In this document: positions 8,730 to 18,735 of the stretch, in pieces | Layout of the letters: each line of letters opens with the position of its first letter | Numbering within the stretch: position 1 is the first letter of the stretch | Source of the DNA: an uncultured Candidatus Binatia bacterium | GTDB lineage: Bacteria; Desulfobacterota; Binatia; UBA9968; JAJDTQ01 | DNA: 64,000 bases | Reading direction: 5' to 3' | Assembly (NCBI GenBank): GCA_964291295.2 | Contig: OZ219754.1 | Coordinates: forward strand, 363,393-427,392 | Notes under the pieces: generated by a model | Told to the model about the DNA's origin: nothing | Database searches by the model: none | The model's input: the letters and a program-made list of their open reading frames with translations, nothing else | Program-made: the position numbers and the translations under genes

Positions 8730-8996
8730 TCAGCCGTCGCTGGAAGGGCCTTCCAACGGGATCGCCTGCTCCACCCGCATGACCGGAATGCCGCCGCGGA
8801 TGGCGTAGAGGTATCGGCCGTCCGCGCGCACCAGTCCGCCGCTCATGGGCTCGGTGACCTTCTCCCCGGCGCGGTCGACAAGCTGCCCGGCTTCGATCTT
8901 CCGGTTCAGGTTTTCGACGAGCCCCGGGGCGGCCAGCACCACAGGCTCCCGTGTCTCGGGACAGGCAAGGATGTCGAGCAACTGCCGGTCGATCAC
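8730..8996 (-). CDS. Trm112/UPF0434-family small protein
   Basis: ...LLDILACPETREPVVL...GLVRADGRYLYAIRGGIPVMRVEQAI... fits the Trm112p-like fold pattern. The GTG at 8996 is preceded by GGGAGG-N5. The longer track ORF (to 9161) lacks an SD. Confidence 0.6.
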   Translation of the reverse strand: MIDRQLLDILACPETREPVVLAAPGLVENLNRKIEAGQLVDRAGEKVTEPMSGGLVRADGRYLYAIRGGIPVMRVEQAIPLEGPSSDG

Positions 8997-9253
8997 GTCC
9001 GCCTCCCGTGGTTCCGGTCGAGCGTCGTCTCCATGGAGTCCAATATTCCCCGCCATCCCGCAGGTGTCAATCCGACCGGCCCAAGCCTGCCATCTTCGCA
9101 TCGCCGGTACCATGAGAGAGCGCCGCACCCGATTCGCCCTCGCCGCCGTCGCGGCAAGCATGGACGCGGTATCCCGCGGCCCGTTTGATCCCGCTTGTCC
9201 CGTTTGATGCGCTGCAGGCTCTTGGCTATGTTGCCGTCTGGAGGTGGAGAGCC

Positions 9254-10831
9254 ATGAACGGCACCTTTCGGGAGTACATCGATCTGCTGCGGGCCAATGA
9301 CGAACTGCTGCACATACGCAAGCCGGTGGATCTGAGGGACGTGGCGGCGCTCACGGACCAGAGCGACCGGGCACTGCTGTTCGAGAACCCCGCGGGGTAC
9401 TCCATCCCGGTGGCCTGCGGTCTGCTCCAGAAGCGCGAGCGTCTCGGCCTGGCGATGGACGCCCCCTACCCCGAAATTCACAAGCGTTTCCAGTGGGCCA
9501 TGTCCAACTCCATCGAGCCGGTGCTGGTGGAGGAGGCCCCGGTGAAGGAGTTCGTGCAACTCGGCGCGGACGTGGACCTGTTCAGGCTGCCGGTGCCGAT
9601 CTTCTCCACCCTGGACGGCGCGCCCATGATCACCGCCGCAGTGGTCCTCTCCGAAGACCCCGAGTACGGCATGAACGCCGGTGTCTACCGCCTGATGCTC
9701 AAGGAGCGGAACGTCACCGGCATCGACATCGTGACCCCCAACAACCTTCACAACTTCACCCGGCGGGCGCTGGAGGAGAACCGCCCGCTGCCCATCTCCA
9801 TCTCCATCGGCGTACACCCCCGGGAACTGATGGGGGCGCTTTTCAAGGCTTCGCTGGGAACCAACGAGCTGGGTTTCGCCGGTGGCCTCGGCGGGCGTCC
9901 GGTAGAGTTGACCCCGGGGGTCGCCGGGCCGGTGCCGTTCATCGCGGGCGCCGAGATCGTTCTGGAAGGCGAGATCCCGCCCGAGGGGTGGGTGCATCCC
10001 GAAGGCCCGTTCGGCGAGTTCTCGCGCCTGGTGGGAGGCACCCACCGGAATCCCAACGTCCATGTCAACTCCCTGCTGCACCGGCGCGACCCCATCTACT
10101 ACGCGCTGCACATGCCCTGGGAGAATCTGTGGATGAGCGCCCCGATATACGAAGCCGCCGCCTGGCGGGTGCTGGCCGAGACCGGCGTCCGGGTCGCCGC
10201 CATCAATGTGACCCCGGGCGGCTGCTGCCACTGGCACATCGTGGCGTCCATCCGCAAGAGCCCGGGCGACGGCAAGAACGCCATTGCCGCACTCCTCTCC
10301 ATCGCCGACATCAAGTACGTGGTGGTCACCGACGACGATATCGACATCTTCGATCCCGTGGAGGTGGAGTGGGCCATGGCCACCCGCGTGCAGGCGGACC
10401 GGGACACCGTCATCCTGTCCAATGCCCGCTCCAAGCCCCTGGACCCCTCCATCCCGCCCAGCGCCAACGGTGTCCCCACCACCGCCAAGATGGGCATCGA
10501 CGCCACGATCCCCGAGAATGTGCCGCGCTACCGCTACAACCGCATCGTCTACCACAACCAGGGCAAGGCGCTGCTGGACGACTACCTGGGCGAATCTCCG
10601 GCCACCCCCCTGCCCGCGGCCGCCGCGGACGACGCCGTCGAACAGCTGGCGGAACAGGCCCTGGCAATGTTGGGCGAGAAGCGGCGGACCTTCAGCGAAC
10701 TGCTGGACGCCTTCTCCGACCAGAGCTTCGCCACCGTCATGGCGCTGGTGGGCCGCCTCAACGAACAGAAACGGATCACCCTGGATGAAGAAGGAAAGTA
10801 CATGCCCGCGGAGGAGGACGCACCACGGTAG
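9254..10831 (+). CDS. UbiD-family (prenylated-FMN dependent) decarboxylase
   Basis: 525 aa. It starts MNGTFREYIDLLRANDELLHIRKPVDL..., a typical UbiD N-terminus, and resembles UbiD throughout. The ATG is preceded by GGAGGTGGAG. Confidence 0.85.
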   Translation: MNGTFREYIDLLRANDELLHIRKPVDLRDVAALTDQSDRALLFENPAGYSIPVACGLLQKRERLGLAMDAPYPEIHKRFQWAMSNSIEPVLVEEAPVKEFVQLGADVDLFRLPVPIFSTLDGAPMITAAVVLSEDPEYGMNAGVYRLMLKERNVTGIDIVTPNNLHNFTRRALEENRPLPISISIGVHPRELMGALFKASLGTNELGFAGGLGGRPVELTPGVAGPVPFIAGAEIVLEGEIPPEGWVHPEGPFGEFSRLVGGTHRNPNVHVNSLLHRRDPIYYALHMPWENLWMSAPIYEAAAWRVLAETGVRVAAINVTPGGCCHWHIVASIRKSPGDGKNAIAALLSIADIKYVVVTDDDIDIFDPVEVEWAMATRVQADRDTVILSNARSKPLDPSIPPSANGVPTTAKMGIDATIPENVPRYRYNRIVYHNQGKALLDDYLGESPATPLPAAAADDAVEQLAEQALAMLGEKRRTFSELLDAFSDQSFATVMALVGRLNEQKRITLDEEGKYMPAEEDAPR

Positions 10832-11065
10832 ACCGTCCGGTGGAGAAACGGCTGCGAACACCGGAGGGGCGGCCGGCGAGCCGGTCGGTCGGAGCCACTA
10901 CCCGCCGTGATGTCGAGAGCCTCTTGCATCTTCTTCACCGAGCGTCACGGCTCGATGCCAGGCAACCAGTACAGGTCGTTTCTGCGCTCAGTCTACCGCA
11001 GGCCCTGCGTCGATCAGGACGGATTGCGCAATCCGGTCGAGCAGCACTCGCCGACGGCGGTGCCA

Positions 11066-11839
11066 TCATCCCCGCAGACTCATCCCTCGCTCAGCTCCGG
11101 ACCGGGTCACCAGAACTTCCTGATCAAACCCGTATCGGGCAACCTCGAAGGCGCCATTCGCTTCCAGATCCCTCGGCGACGGCAAGCCGACATCAAATGG
11201 AAACAGGTGAGGGCAACGAAGCAGGGAGGTGGCCGATCGAGATTTGGCATCGTGGACTGCGAACATGGCCGAGATCGCCCAGATGGAGAGAGGCAGGTCA
11301 TCGACCACCCGTTTGGGAGCAAAGCGGTAGAAGCCTTTCTTCTCCCTTTCAAGAAGTACGCCCCAGTCGATGAATGCCCGAAGGATACGCCGTGCGGCGC
11401 GGGCCACTGTTTCGCGTTCGCCCATTTGCTCGCGGAGTCGGCGCTGAACCTGGGCTGCTCCAACGGTTCCCTGAAGCTGAAGCAACCGCCCGGTCGCATC
11501 GGCGACCGCGCCGAAAAAGGGGTAGGCCGCCATGCACATGCACCAGTGCACCAGCATCCGCTGGTCCCCGGACAGGCGTTGAAGCAGATCAAGCCCGTCG
11601 TCGCGGAGCGGTCGAAGCTCTCCCGGAACGGTAACCCAGACTTTCGTCAGGATCGTGATGGCCTTGTCACGGTTTCCCCGCTCGGGTTCGTTCCCGACCG
11701 ACAACTCGGCCCGCAACCTGTCGCCCAGCGCCGCGACGATCTCGCTTCTCCGACTCCCGGCGAGAACCAGATTCGCCGTGAATTCCAGCCACTCAAGTCG
11801 AATACGCTGGCTGAAACCGACCTGCTCGCTACGCGTCAC
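11066..11839 (-). CDS. Hypothetical protein in the BrxA position of a BREX type-3 operon
   Basis: Last gene of the operon. Its GTG start overlaps the pglZ stop (GTGA). No motif was recognised, so the assignment rests on gene order only. Confidence 0.4.
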   Translation of the reverse strand: MTRSEQVGFSQRIRLEWLEFTANLVLAGSRRSEIVAALGDRLRAELSVGNEPERGNRDKAITILTKVWVTVPGELRPLRDDGLDLLQRLSGDQRMLVHWCMCMAAYPFFGAVADATGRLLQLQGTVGAAQVQRRLREQMGERETVARAARRILRAFIDWGVLLEREKKGFYRFAPKRVVDDLPLSIWAISAMFAVHDAKSRSATSLLRCPHLFPFDVGLPSPRDLEANGAFEVARYGFDQEVLVTRSGAERGMSLRG

Positions 11840-13863
11840 GCCGACACCCTCTCGATCTCGACCATCGGGACCACGACCTCTTCGAGCGAGGCACCGCCGT
11901 GGCATACAATGCGTTCGCCTTCGCGCACGAAGGCTGATCGAGCTGGAGCGAGCAGGGGCAAACAGTCTTCGGGGAGCCCGAGGGCCGGCCACACGACCGC
12001 GTCCGGGAAACGATTGTGCACGCGGGATCGCAGGCTCGGATCGGAATAGACCCGCACGCGTTCGCCCCGAAGGGCGGCGGTCATGCCCTCGGAAGGGCGG
12101 CCGATTCCTTCCGCCTCGATATTTCCGTGGTCCGAGGTCAGAAACACGGCGAAACCGCCTTCGAGCAATGTGTTCAGCAATCCCACCATGAACCCTTCAT
12201 CAGCCCATTGTCGGACTTGGTTGTGCATCCCGGCTGCGCCGAGTTCCATGCCGTGCATGATTCTGTCGACCTTGTCGACCACAAGACCGAGGACGCGGAG
12301 ACCGGGCCATGAAAGAAGTTCGCGAACGCTGTCGATGCAGCCGCTCCCCAATCCTCTCGCATATGTCACCTCCCGCACCGTCAGGCCGTGGTCGGTCCAG
12401 AACCGGGTCCACAACGAAGCTTCCCTGTCCGTGGTCCAGAGGCTTGAGGGAAAGTAGAGTGGGGGCGTGCCGGCGAAGATTGCCTGCCGGGAAACCGAAG
12501 TGACCGTCGGTATCCATGCGAAAACAGCTTCTTCACGAAATCGGAATCGCGACTGACGAAGTGCGAGAATGTCCCGGAGTGCGATCCATTGGTCGAGCGC
12601 GAGACCGTCGACAACGACGAGTGCGACCCTGTTTCCACCTGCATTCGAAAGCCGCCGTTCGAGATACCGCGGCAGGTGATGGACCATCACCGGCGGGTCG
12701 GGCGGCTGATTATGAAGCCCCGCATAACGGCACTCGGTCCAGGAGCAAAACGACCGGTCGACATCCCTGCGAAGACCGCGCATCCGCTCATTCATGCCAG
12801 ATCGCGTCGCGTCCGTCGTGTCCGACCAGAGAAGGCCCAACTCCGCCCATCGCCAAGCGAAGGCCGTCCAGTCGTAGTGCCGTGCGCCGGTATCGGGGAT
12901 CGTATTGGCAACGGTATCCATCAGGCTGCGGAGCCGTCGCGATTTGCCAGACTCGTTGTCGTTTCTTATCCCGACCGCCACCCATCTGTCATTGAGGGCG
13001 TCGCTCGACCTGTGATGCACAGGCGAAAGCAGTCCCTCGACGAACAGATTGTCGATGTAGATGCGCACGTCACCATGGTCGAAAGGCAACTCGACGGGGC
13101 CTGCTATCGCCGGATCGAACGCCGCATTCGCATCCCGAACATGATACTCGGTGTCCCACGCGATGCGGTCGAGAAAAGGGGACCAGTGGTCCTGAAGGAA
13201 AGAAAGGAAGGCTTCCCGATCCGGCACGATGGTCTCAAGTGGCCAGGAGTCGAAGGCTGCGTCCTGGCGAAGCTTATGGACCAGGCACTGCTCCAGCGAG
13301 CGCGGAAGCCGCTGACGCCGGTAATGCTTCCGCAACAGAACACGCAGCAAATCCGCACCGTCCCTGATAAGCGCGACAGAGATTCCAAAGACGTGCAGAA
13401 GCACAAAGTCCTTCGTCGCATCGTCGCCGCACTGAATGAATCCGTGTTGCGCCCGTGCCCGATAGAGAGCGTCGAGATTGCTTCTGTCAAGTGAAGCGAC
13501 AACAGGGTAGCTGAGATGGGGAAACAGTTCCTCCAGGCCGAAGGAAAGTTGCCGGCCGACCTGCAAGAGATCGTAGGGAAGGGTGGCGAGATCATGCTTC
13601 CCGGTCTGAAGAACAACCACCAAGTCGCGAACCTCACCCCGGTCCCGGCGGAATCGAAACCCGGTTTCGTAGGCGAAGCGGAACGCGACAGGGTCGTCGA
13701 ATACCAGAACCTCGAAGCCCCTCTCGCGTATCGCGTCGAGGAGGTTCTCTTCGAGCAACAGCGCGTCCGGGTCCGCGGCCAAGGTAAGCCCAGCCACCTT
13801 CGGCGTGAAGTGCCTCAATATCCGATTGCGCCAATCATCGGTCTTCCCGTAGGACACGTTCAC
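11836..13863 (-). CDS. pglZ: PglZ alkaline-phosphatase-superfamily protein (BREX)
   Basis: PglZ-domain hallmarks are present: VALVVVDGLALDQW, IPTVTSVSRQAIFAG and FLTSDHGNIEA. The start overlaps the methyltransferase stop by 4 nt. Confidence 0.85.
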   Translation of the reverse strand: MNVSYGKTDDWRNRILRHFTPKVAGLTLAADPDALLLEENLLDAIRERGFEVLVFDDPVAFRFAYETGFRFRRDRGEVRDLVVVLQTGKHDLATLPYDLLQVGRQLSFGLEELFPHLSYPVVASLDRSNLDALYRARAQHGFIQCGDDATKDFVLLHVFGISVALIRDGADLLRVLLRKHYRRQRLPRSLEQCLVHKLRQDAAFDSWPLETIVPDREAFLSFLQDHWSPFLDRIAWDTEYHVRDANAAFDPAIAGPVELPFDHGDVRIYIDNLFVEGLLSPVHHRSSDALNDRWVAVGIRNDNESGKSRRLRSLMDTVANTIPDTGARHYDWTAFAWRWAELGLLWSDTTDATRSGMNERMRGLRRDVDRSFCSWTECRYAGLHNQPPDPPVMVHHLPRYLERRLSNAGGNRVALVVVDGLALDQWIALRDILALRQSRFRFREEAVFAWIPTVTSVSRQAIFAGTPPLYFPSSLWTTDREASLWTRFWTDHGLTVREVTYARGLGSGCIDSVRELLSWPGLRVLGLVVDKVDRIMHGMELGAAGMHNQVRQWADEGFMVGLLNTLLEGGFAVFLTSDHGNIEAEGIGRPSEGMTAALRGERVRVYSDPSLRSRVHNRFPDAVVWPALGLPEDCLPLLAPARSAFVREGERIVCHGGASLEEVVVPMVEIERVSA

Positions 13864-16800
13864 GCCTTATTCATGCGCGTCAACGCCTGATCGTACCAGA
13901 GCAGGAGTTTCTGGTCCTCCTGGAGAACGGCATCGGGAATCTTCTCGGCGACCTCCACAATGGTGGCGTAGTCCCGATCCTGGTAGGCCCTGAAGAAGCC
14001 CGCGCGAACCGCTTCAAGTCGGAAGAGCTTGAGCCGTCGCGCCGAAGACTGGCGGTAGTCATCGAATTCGCGCAGAAGCGCGCGAGTACGGCGTTTCTCG
14101 ACATCCGCCGCCTTGCTGGGATCGGGCACATACCAGCGATCCTTGGCCTTGCCACGCAAGGCCGTATGGTCCTTCGGCAGGTTGCGCAATTCCTTGAAGT
14201 TGGTGGACAGGTAGGCGTGGATCTGGCTGGGCACTTCACCGACTCCATCAAAGCACAAGAAGTTCTGTTCCAGCATCTCCGACAGCTCGGGTAGCTTTTC
14301 GTGCTTCTGCCAGCCCGTGATCTCCCGGAGAAACTGGGGATGAATTTCCTGAAAATTCTGGGGTTTGTGAGCCAATAGTCTTCTGAGCCAGTCTATCGCG
14401 GAGGATTCGTTGATGACGAAGATCTCCAATTGCGCCACTTCTCCGACTGACAAGCGTTTCTTGTCGTATTCGACAACTTGCTCGGGCAGAAAGATCATGC
14501 CGTCCCGTTCGGGAAAACGCTGGAAGATGCCGGCCAGGAAGCCGCTCACTGAAAGAGGCACCGTCACATTGCGCAGGACATGGAAGGCAACCATGCGATC
14601 GAACAAAACATGGGGCTGGCGCTCGTTGACGATCTCGACCCGACCGTCCTTGAGAACGAACACAGGCAATTGGGCAAGATGGGTGTGGAGGAAGTCCCAC
14701 ATACCTTGCTCGGTTCCCCTTGTCAATGCAAAGCGTTCTTCCAACCCGTCGTTGGGCTTGTACGCCGAGATGACGAGATCCTGCTCCACTGCGGTGCTCG
14801 TGACTTGACGGTAGGACCCCTGTCTCTTGTCCAAGGTACGCACATCGGCGACGACGAAACCGACTGTCAACATGGCTTCCTGAATAGAGGTCCAAACCGC
14901 GTTCTTGGAATTGTGGAAGACGACGGTCATCCAACGCCCGGGCTTTAGGACGCGGCGATACTCCTCGAAACAGCCCTGCATCAGGTACTGATATTCCAGC
15001 AACCTTTTCTTCTTAAATTGATCTATGATGGCTTCCGATACCGCATTGGTCATGATGCCGTGCCAAGATTCAATCAGTAAGTTCAAATCCGCGTAGAAGA
15101 TATTCTCGCCGAATGGCGGATCAGTGAAGATGTAATCGATCGAGTTTTCAGGCAAGGAGGTTTCTGCACAGTCTGCAGTTGAAACAATTGTAGAGTTGGC
15201 GTGTACGCGGGCAAGCATGAAGGCTTTATGTAATTGAGAAAGCTTTCCGGCAAGCCTATACCAAGGGGAAATCTCTGCGATCTGGGAAGGAATGTAGTAG
15301 ACACCACTAAGAATTTGATTTGATTGAGAACCTTGATTTGCTCGAAACCGATTAAGCAGAGACATCGTTGATACGGCCTGCTCGGCGAAGTAGAGCAGCA
15401 TATGGCGAATTCGGATGTCGGGATGGGCTTTGGCCCGTCGCCACATCGCCGCCAAGGCGTTCGCGGAGCGGGGCAAAAAAAAGTGATGCGTGTGGTTGAC
15501 ACCCTTCGGGGCCAGTCGCGAACCGTGATACATGTCGTCGACAGGCAACTGACTGGTTGGAACATCCGCCGGGAGGGGAAGCTTCGAGATGCGGCGGACA
15601 ATTTCAAGATCATCAGCGTCGGGCCGCTTTTCGAATGCCTTGCCGTCGATCGTGTATCGGATCAACGCCGGCCTGAAAGTGATATGTTTTCGAACATCAC
15701 CCGTGGCGGCATCCAGGTCGGACTCAAACACGCGCTCCAACCTCTTCTTGTTCAACTCAGCATCGCAGTCAGGACAAGGGAAAGTGCTCCTGACCCGGCC
15801 GCTCGCCCGATCTAATGCCTCTTCAAGAAACACGATCTCGCTCGTGCATTCAGGACAAGCAAACACCTCGCTCCAGACGGTGTAGTCGATCCGCCCTTTG
15901 GTCTTGCCGTCGATGTGCCGGGTTTCATACATCCAGCCAAGTTCGGCTTCCACCTCGTCAAGCAGCGTACGCCCGGCCTCGGCAAAGGCATCGACATCAA
16001 GGGGCAGGCTGTAGTTGGCGGCAATGAAACCGGCAAGCGGCGAAAGGTCGTTCAAAACCGTGCGCCGAAGCCCCCATTTCGGTGTACCGAAACCATCCCT
16101 GGCCCAAAGTGCTTCAAGCGATTTGCGGTAGCTCTCCGGCGCGGTTTCGCACCACTGGGCCGCCACACCGGTCATGCCCGAGCCGGCAAAGCCGTCCAGG
16201 ACAAGATCACCGGGCTCGGTGTAATGAAGAATCGACGGCACGATGGCCAGATGCGGCACCTTGGTATGGTAGCTGTGCGCCCGGTAGACAGGATGGGTCT
16301 TGCCTTCGCTGACATCGACAGCGAACGGTTTGCGGCGATAGGGCTGCTGCGGGTCGTAAGCCCTTCCATAGATCTCCACGAATGCGCCCAGGAACGGGTT
16401 CGGGCAAGCCGTGTGCCACGGCGGATCGGACAGATCAAGGATATCTTCGATCTTGCCGTGGGGGAATCCGACCTCATCCTTCCAGCGCTGCAGCAAATCC
16501 TTGGACGAGTCGGCATGAAGCATGCGCTCCGCGAGTTCGCGAAGTCGGGCATCCCCACCCATCGGCCAGTGCTCAATGGCTGCCATCCGGGCTACCGCAT
16601 CGTCAACATCGGTGTAAGGCAAACCGCCGAGGGCCGTATGCAGCTCCTCCAGGCCATTCCTCAACCTGTCAAGAAAATGGGACCGCCGGGCCTCGTCATT
16701 CTCGAAGACGATACCGAGGCATTCCATCGGCTGGTCACGCCTGGCCTCCAATTCCTCTTCACGGGGCTTGTTGAACATCTCTCCATGTTCCAACGGCTTC

Positions 16801-16868
16801 CAGAAGAGTCGTCCGGTTCGGCGGTTCCGCCCGCTATGCGTCATCCGTCGATCCCCTGTCGCTCGCAT
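13860..16868 (-). CDS. pglX: BREX type-3 PglXI-like N6-adenine DNA methyltransferase with Zn-ribbon
   Basis: YHTKVPH...DLVLDGFAGSGMTG (AdoMet motif I), CPEC...CPDC zinc ribbon, and DYIFTDPPFG (motif IV). The true start may be the ATG at 16844 or 16778. Confidence 0.8.
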   Translation of the reverse strand: MRATGDRRMTHSGRNRRTGRLFWKPLEHGEMFNKPREEELEARRDQPMECLGIVFENDEARRSHFLDRLRNGLEELHTALGGLPYTDVDDAVARMAAIEHWPMGGDARLRELAERMLHADSSKDLLQRWKDEVGFPHGKIEDILDLSDPPWHTACPNPFLGAFVEIYGRAYDPQQPYRRKPFAVDVSEGKTHPVYRAHSYHTKVPHLAIVPSILHYTEPGDLVLDGFAGSGMTGVAAQWCETAPESYRKSLEALWARDGFGTPKWGLRRTVLNDLSPLAGFIAANYSLPLDVDAFAEAGRTLLDEVEAELGWMYETRHIDGKTKGRIDYTVWSEVFACPECTSEIVFLEEALDRASGRVRSTFPCPDCDAELNKKRLERVFESDLDAATGDVRKHITFRPALIRYTIDGKAFEKRPDADDLEIVRRISKLPLPADVPTSQLPVDDMYHGSRLAPKGVNHTHHFFLPRSANALAAMWRRAKAHPDIRIRHMLLYFAEQAVSTMSLLNRFRANQGSQSNQILSGVYYIPSQIAEISPWYRLAGKLSQLHKAFMLARVHANSTIVSTADCAETSLPENSIDYIFTDPPFGENIFYADLNLLIESWHGIMTNAVSEAIIDQFKKKRLLEYQYLMQGCFEEYRRVLKPGRWMTVVFHNSKNAVWTSIQEAMLTVGFVVADVRTLDKRQGSYRQVTSTAVEQDLVISAYKPNDGLEERFALTRGTEQGMWDFLHTHLAQLPVFVLKDGRVEIVNERQPHVLFDRMVAFHVLRNVTVPLSVSGFLAGIFQRFPERDGMIFLPEQVVEYDKKRLSVGEVAQLEIFVINESSAIDWLRRLLAHKPQNFQEIHPQFLREITGWQKHEKLPELSEMLEQNFLCFDGVGEVPSQIHAYLSTNFKELRNLPKDHTALRGKAKDRWYVPDPSKAADVEKRRTRALLREFDDYRQSSARRLKLFRLEAVRAGFFRAYQDRDYATIVEVAEKIPDAVLQEDQKLLLWYDQALTRMNKA

Positions 16869-18729
16869 CCTTGTCCTTTTTCACGCGGCGGAGTTTGATC
16901 GCAACGCCGACGTCGGTCAGCACATAGGCCTGATGCGGGTGGTTGGGTTGGTCCGGATGGACCATACGGAGAACACCCCCTTGCAAAAGAGGATCAAGAT
17001 GATGCTTCTTGAAAAACCCCCGACTGGTCACTCCGACTTCATCCATGATCTCTGCCAATCGACGGGGCGTGTCGCAAAGCCTGACGATCTTCTCCTGGGT
17101 CGCCGAAAGCTTCCAAAGGGGATCTTGTGCAGTAGACAAGTTGTCCGAATCCGAACCCGGTTGTACAATGGACAAGTCCTCCCGCCTTTTCGAACCTTGG
17201 TCAGTGGCGAGATTCGACGCCCCGGCACCCACCCGCTTACCGGATCGATTCGGTTGACTCAGCCGCTCCTTGAGATATTCGGCGACGACGAAGGCCGACG
17301 ATTCCTCGCGACCCGCCGGCGAAACGAGCCCTTGGACCGTCAGGTGCTCCAGGACTCCATGGACATCAACTCCAGACAGGCCGGTGACGGCATGTACATC
17401 ACGTGGACGCACCCTGCCCTCACGGCACGCGAAGGCGAACGTCCTGGCCTCGGCATCGTCAAGGCGGACGCCGAGGCTTGCATGGAACAGGAGTTGCTTC
17501 TCGGACAGGAGTTCCTCCTTGGCCAGGATCAGTTGAAAGGCCTTGCGCGCTCTGTCGTTGGAGACTGTCGGCGGCACACGTCCGAACTGTCGCCAGTTGC
17601 CGAAGATGGCGCGGATACCTGTCCCGGCCTGCTCGCTCAGGCCGATCCGGCGGAAGGTGGCAACGATCCTCGGGTTACGCACCTCCTTCTCACCGGGATC
17701 AAGCAGTTCGTCTGCGGATGCGAAGGCGTCGCCGGGATTCCAGAATATCGTTCGGTCGTCGAAGAACCGGATCGTCGGCATTCGGGTGTGGTCTGCGTAA
17801 TCCTGATGCATCAGAAGGTTGATCACGGCTTCGCGAAAAGCGATGTAGTCCGGCGGATGGTCTTCGCGCCGCAATGTCTCGGGATTGACAGAGAACGGCT
17901 TCTCGGCACGCTGAAGGTAGCGGTCCACCAGCGTTTTCCACGAGTTCACGAGATTGGTCTCGATCACCAACCGGTCAACCCAGCGTTCGTTGGACCACTC
18001 TTCCGACCAGTCGCCGCGGCTCCACTGCCAGTCCACGACGGGACGCGGAAGTATCTGGCGAAAGGCAGGCGCGGCGCCGAACAGAAGGATCGCAGCGCGG
18101 GTCGGCAACAGCCGACCGCCGGCTTCGACAACCAAGCCCCAATGATGGAGAAACTCCAAGTCCGGCAAAGTCTCGTCGTGACCGGGGTTCCGGCCGTCGA
18201 ACAGCTTGCGGTACCAACGTATGGAGCCATGGTCGAAGCAGCGTTCAGGATCGATGGCGACAACCTCTCCATCGTGGCGCTCGTCAGCCGCGTCCCGCAG
18301 CAGCCGCTCGATTTCGGCTTCCGTGCAGCGCTGGTCGCCCGCGCCCCGACGCAGGAACGATTGCCGGATGTTGCCGTCGAGATAGACCGGCTTGTCCTGT
18401 CTGCGCGCCTCAGGGATATGGAAAACCAGAAGGGCCTTGTCATCGTCCTCAATCAAACGCTCTTTCGCGGTGATGACTCGATTGAGCTTCTGGCCGGAAC
18501 GCAGGGTGCCGAGGAAGTCGTTCTGTACCTTGTCCACCTCCAGAACGCCAACGATCTCGAAGCCGCCGGCGCCGTCACGAACGCCGAACACCAGCCAGCC
18601 ACCCTCGGTGTTGGCAAAGGCCGAGACGGTCTCATAAGCATTTTTTGGAACCGCATGTCGAGCTTCCTTGAACTCGATGTCGGTCCATTCGTAGCCCTTC
18701 AGACGTTCGATGAGCTCCTCTTTCTCCAT
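16834..18729 (-). CDS. AlbA_2 (Schlafen-like) + HATPase_c_4 + wHTH putative DNA-binding protein
   Basis: The N-terminal EWTDIEFKEA...ETVSAFANTEGGWLVFGV is typical of AlbA_2. The central ...FREAVINLLMHQDY...GLSEQAGTGIRAIF is typical of the RecG-like C-terminal HATPase_c_4 region. There is no Walker A and there are no helicase motifs. Confidence 0.7.
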   Translation of the reverse strand: MEKEELIERLKGYEWTDIEFKEARHAVPKNAYETVSAFANTEGGWLVFGVRDGAGGFEIVGVLEVDKVQNDFLGTLRSGQKLNRVITAKERLIEDDDKALLVFHIPEARRQDKPVYLDGNIRQSFLRRGAGDQRCTEAEIERLLRDAADERHDGEVVAIDPERCFDHGSIRWYRKLFDGRNPGHDETLPDLEFLHHWGLVVEAGGRLLPTRAAILLFGAAPAFRQILPRPVVDWQWSRGDWSEEWSNERWVDRLVIETNLVNSWKTLVDRYLQRAEKPFSVNPETLRREDHPPDYIAFREAVINLLMHQDYADHTRMPTIRFFDDRTIFWNPGDAFASADELLDPGEKEVRNPRIVATFRRIGLSEQAGTGIRAIFGNWRQFGRVPPTVSNDRARKAFQLILAKEELLSEKQLLFHASLGVRLDDAEARTFAFACREGRVRPRDVHAVTGLSGVDVHGVLEHLTVQGLVSPAGREESSAFVVAEYLKERLSQPNRSGKRVGAGASNLATDQGSKRREDLSIVQPGSDSDNLSTAQDPLWKLSATQEKIVRLCDTPRRLAEIMDEVGVTSRGFFKKHHLDPLLQGGVLRMVHPDQPNHPHQAYVLTDVGVAIKLRRVKKDKDASDRGSTDDA

Positions 18730-18735
18730 CGGCGT

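Noticed and set aside
10582-10938. 118-aa minus ORF downstream of the BrxA-position gene as an eighth BREX gene
   Set aside because: Most of it overlaps the 3' end of the ubiD-family gene antisense, and it has no SD or motif.
11018-11038. Palindrome gacggattgcgcaatccggtc as the BREX operon terminator
   Set aside because: The stem is short with no loop or U-tract, so it is too weak to call.
16834-18729. Possibility that the AlbA_2/'RecG-like' protein is the missing BREX-3 helicase BrxHII
   Set aside because: No Walker A/B, DExx or other helicase motifs are present. The RecG similarity in this family is to a non-helicase C-terminal region.
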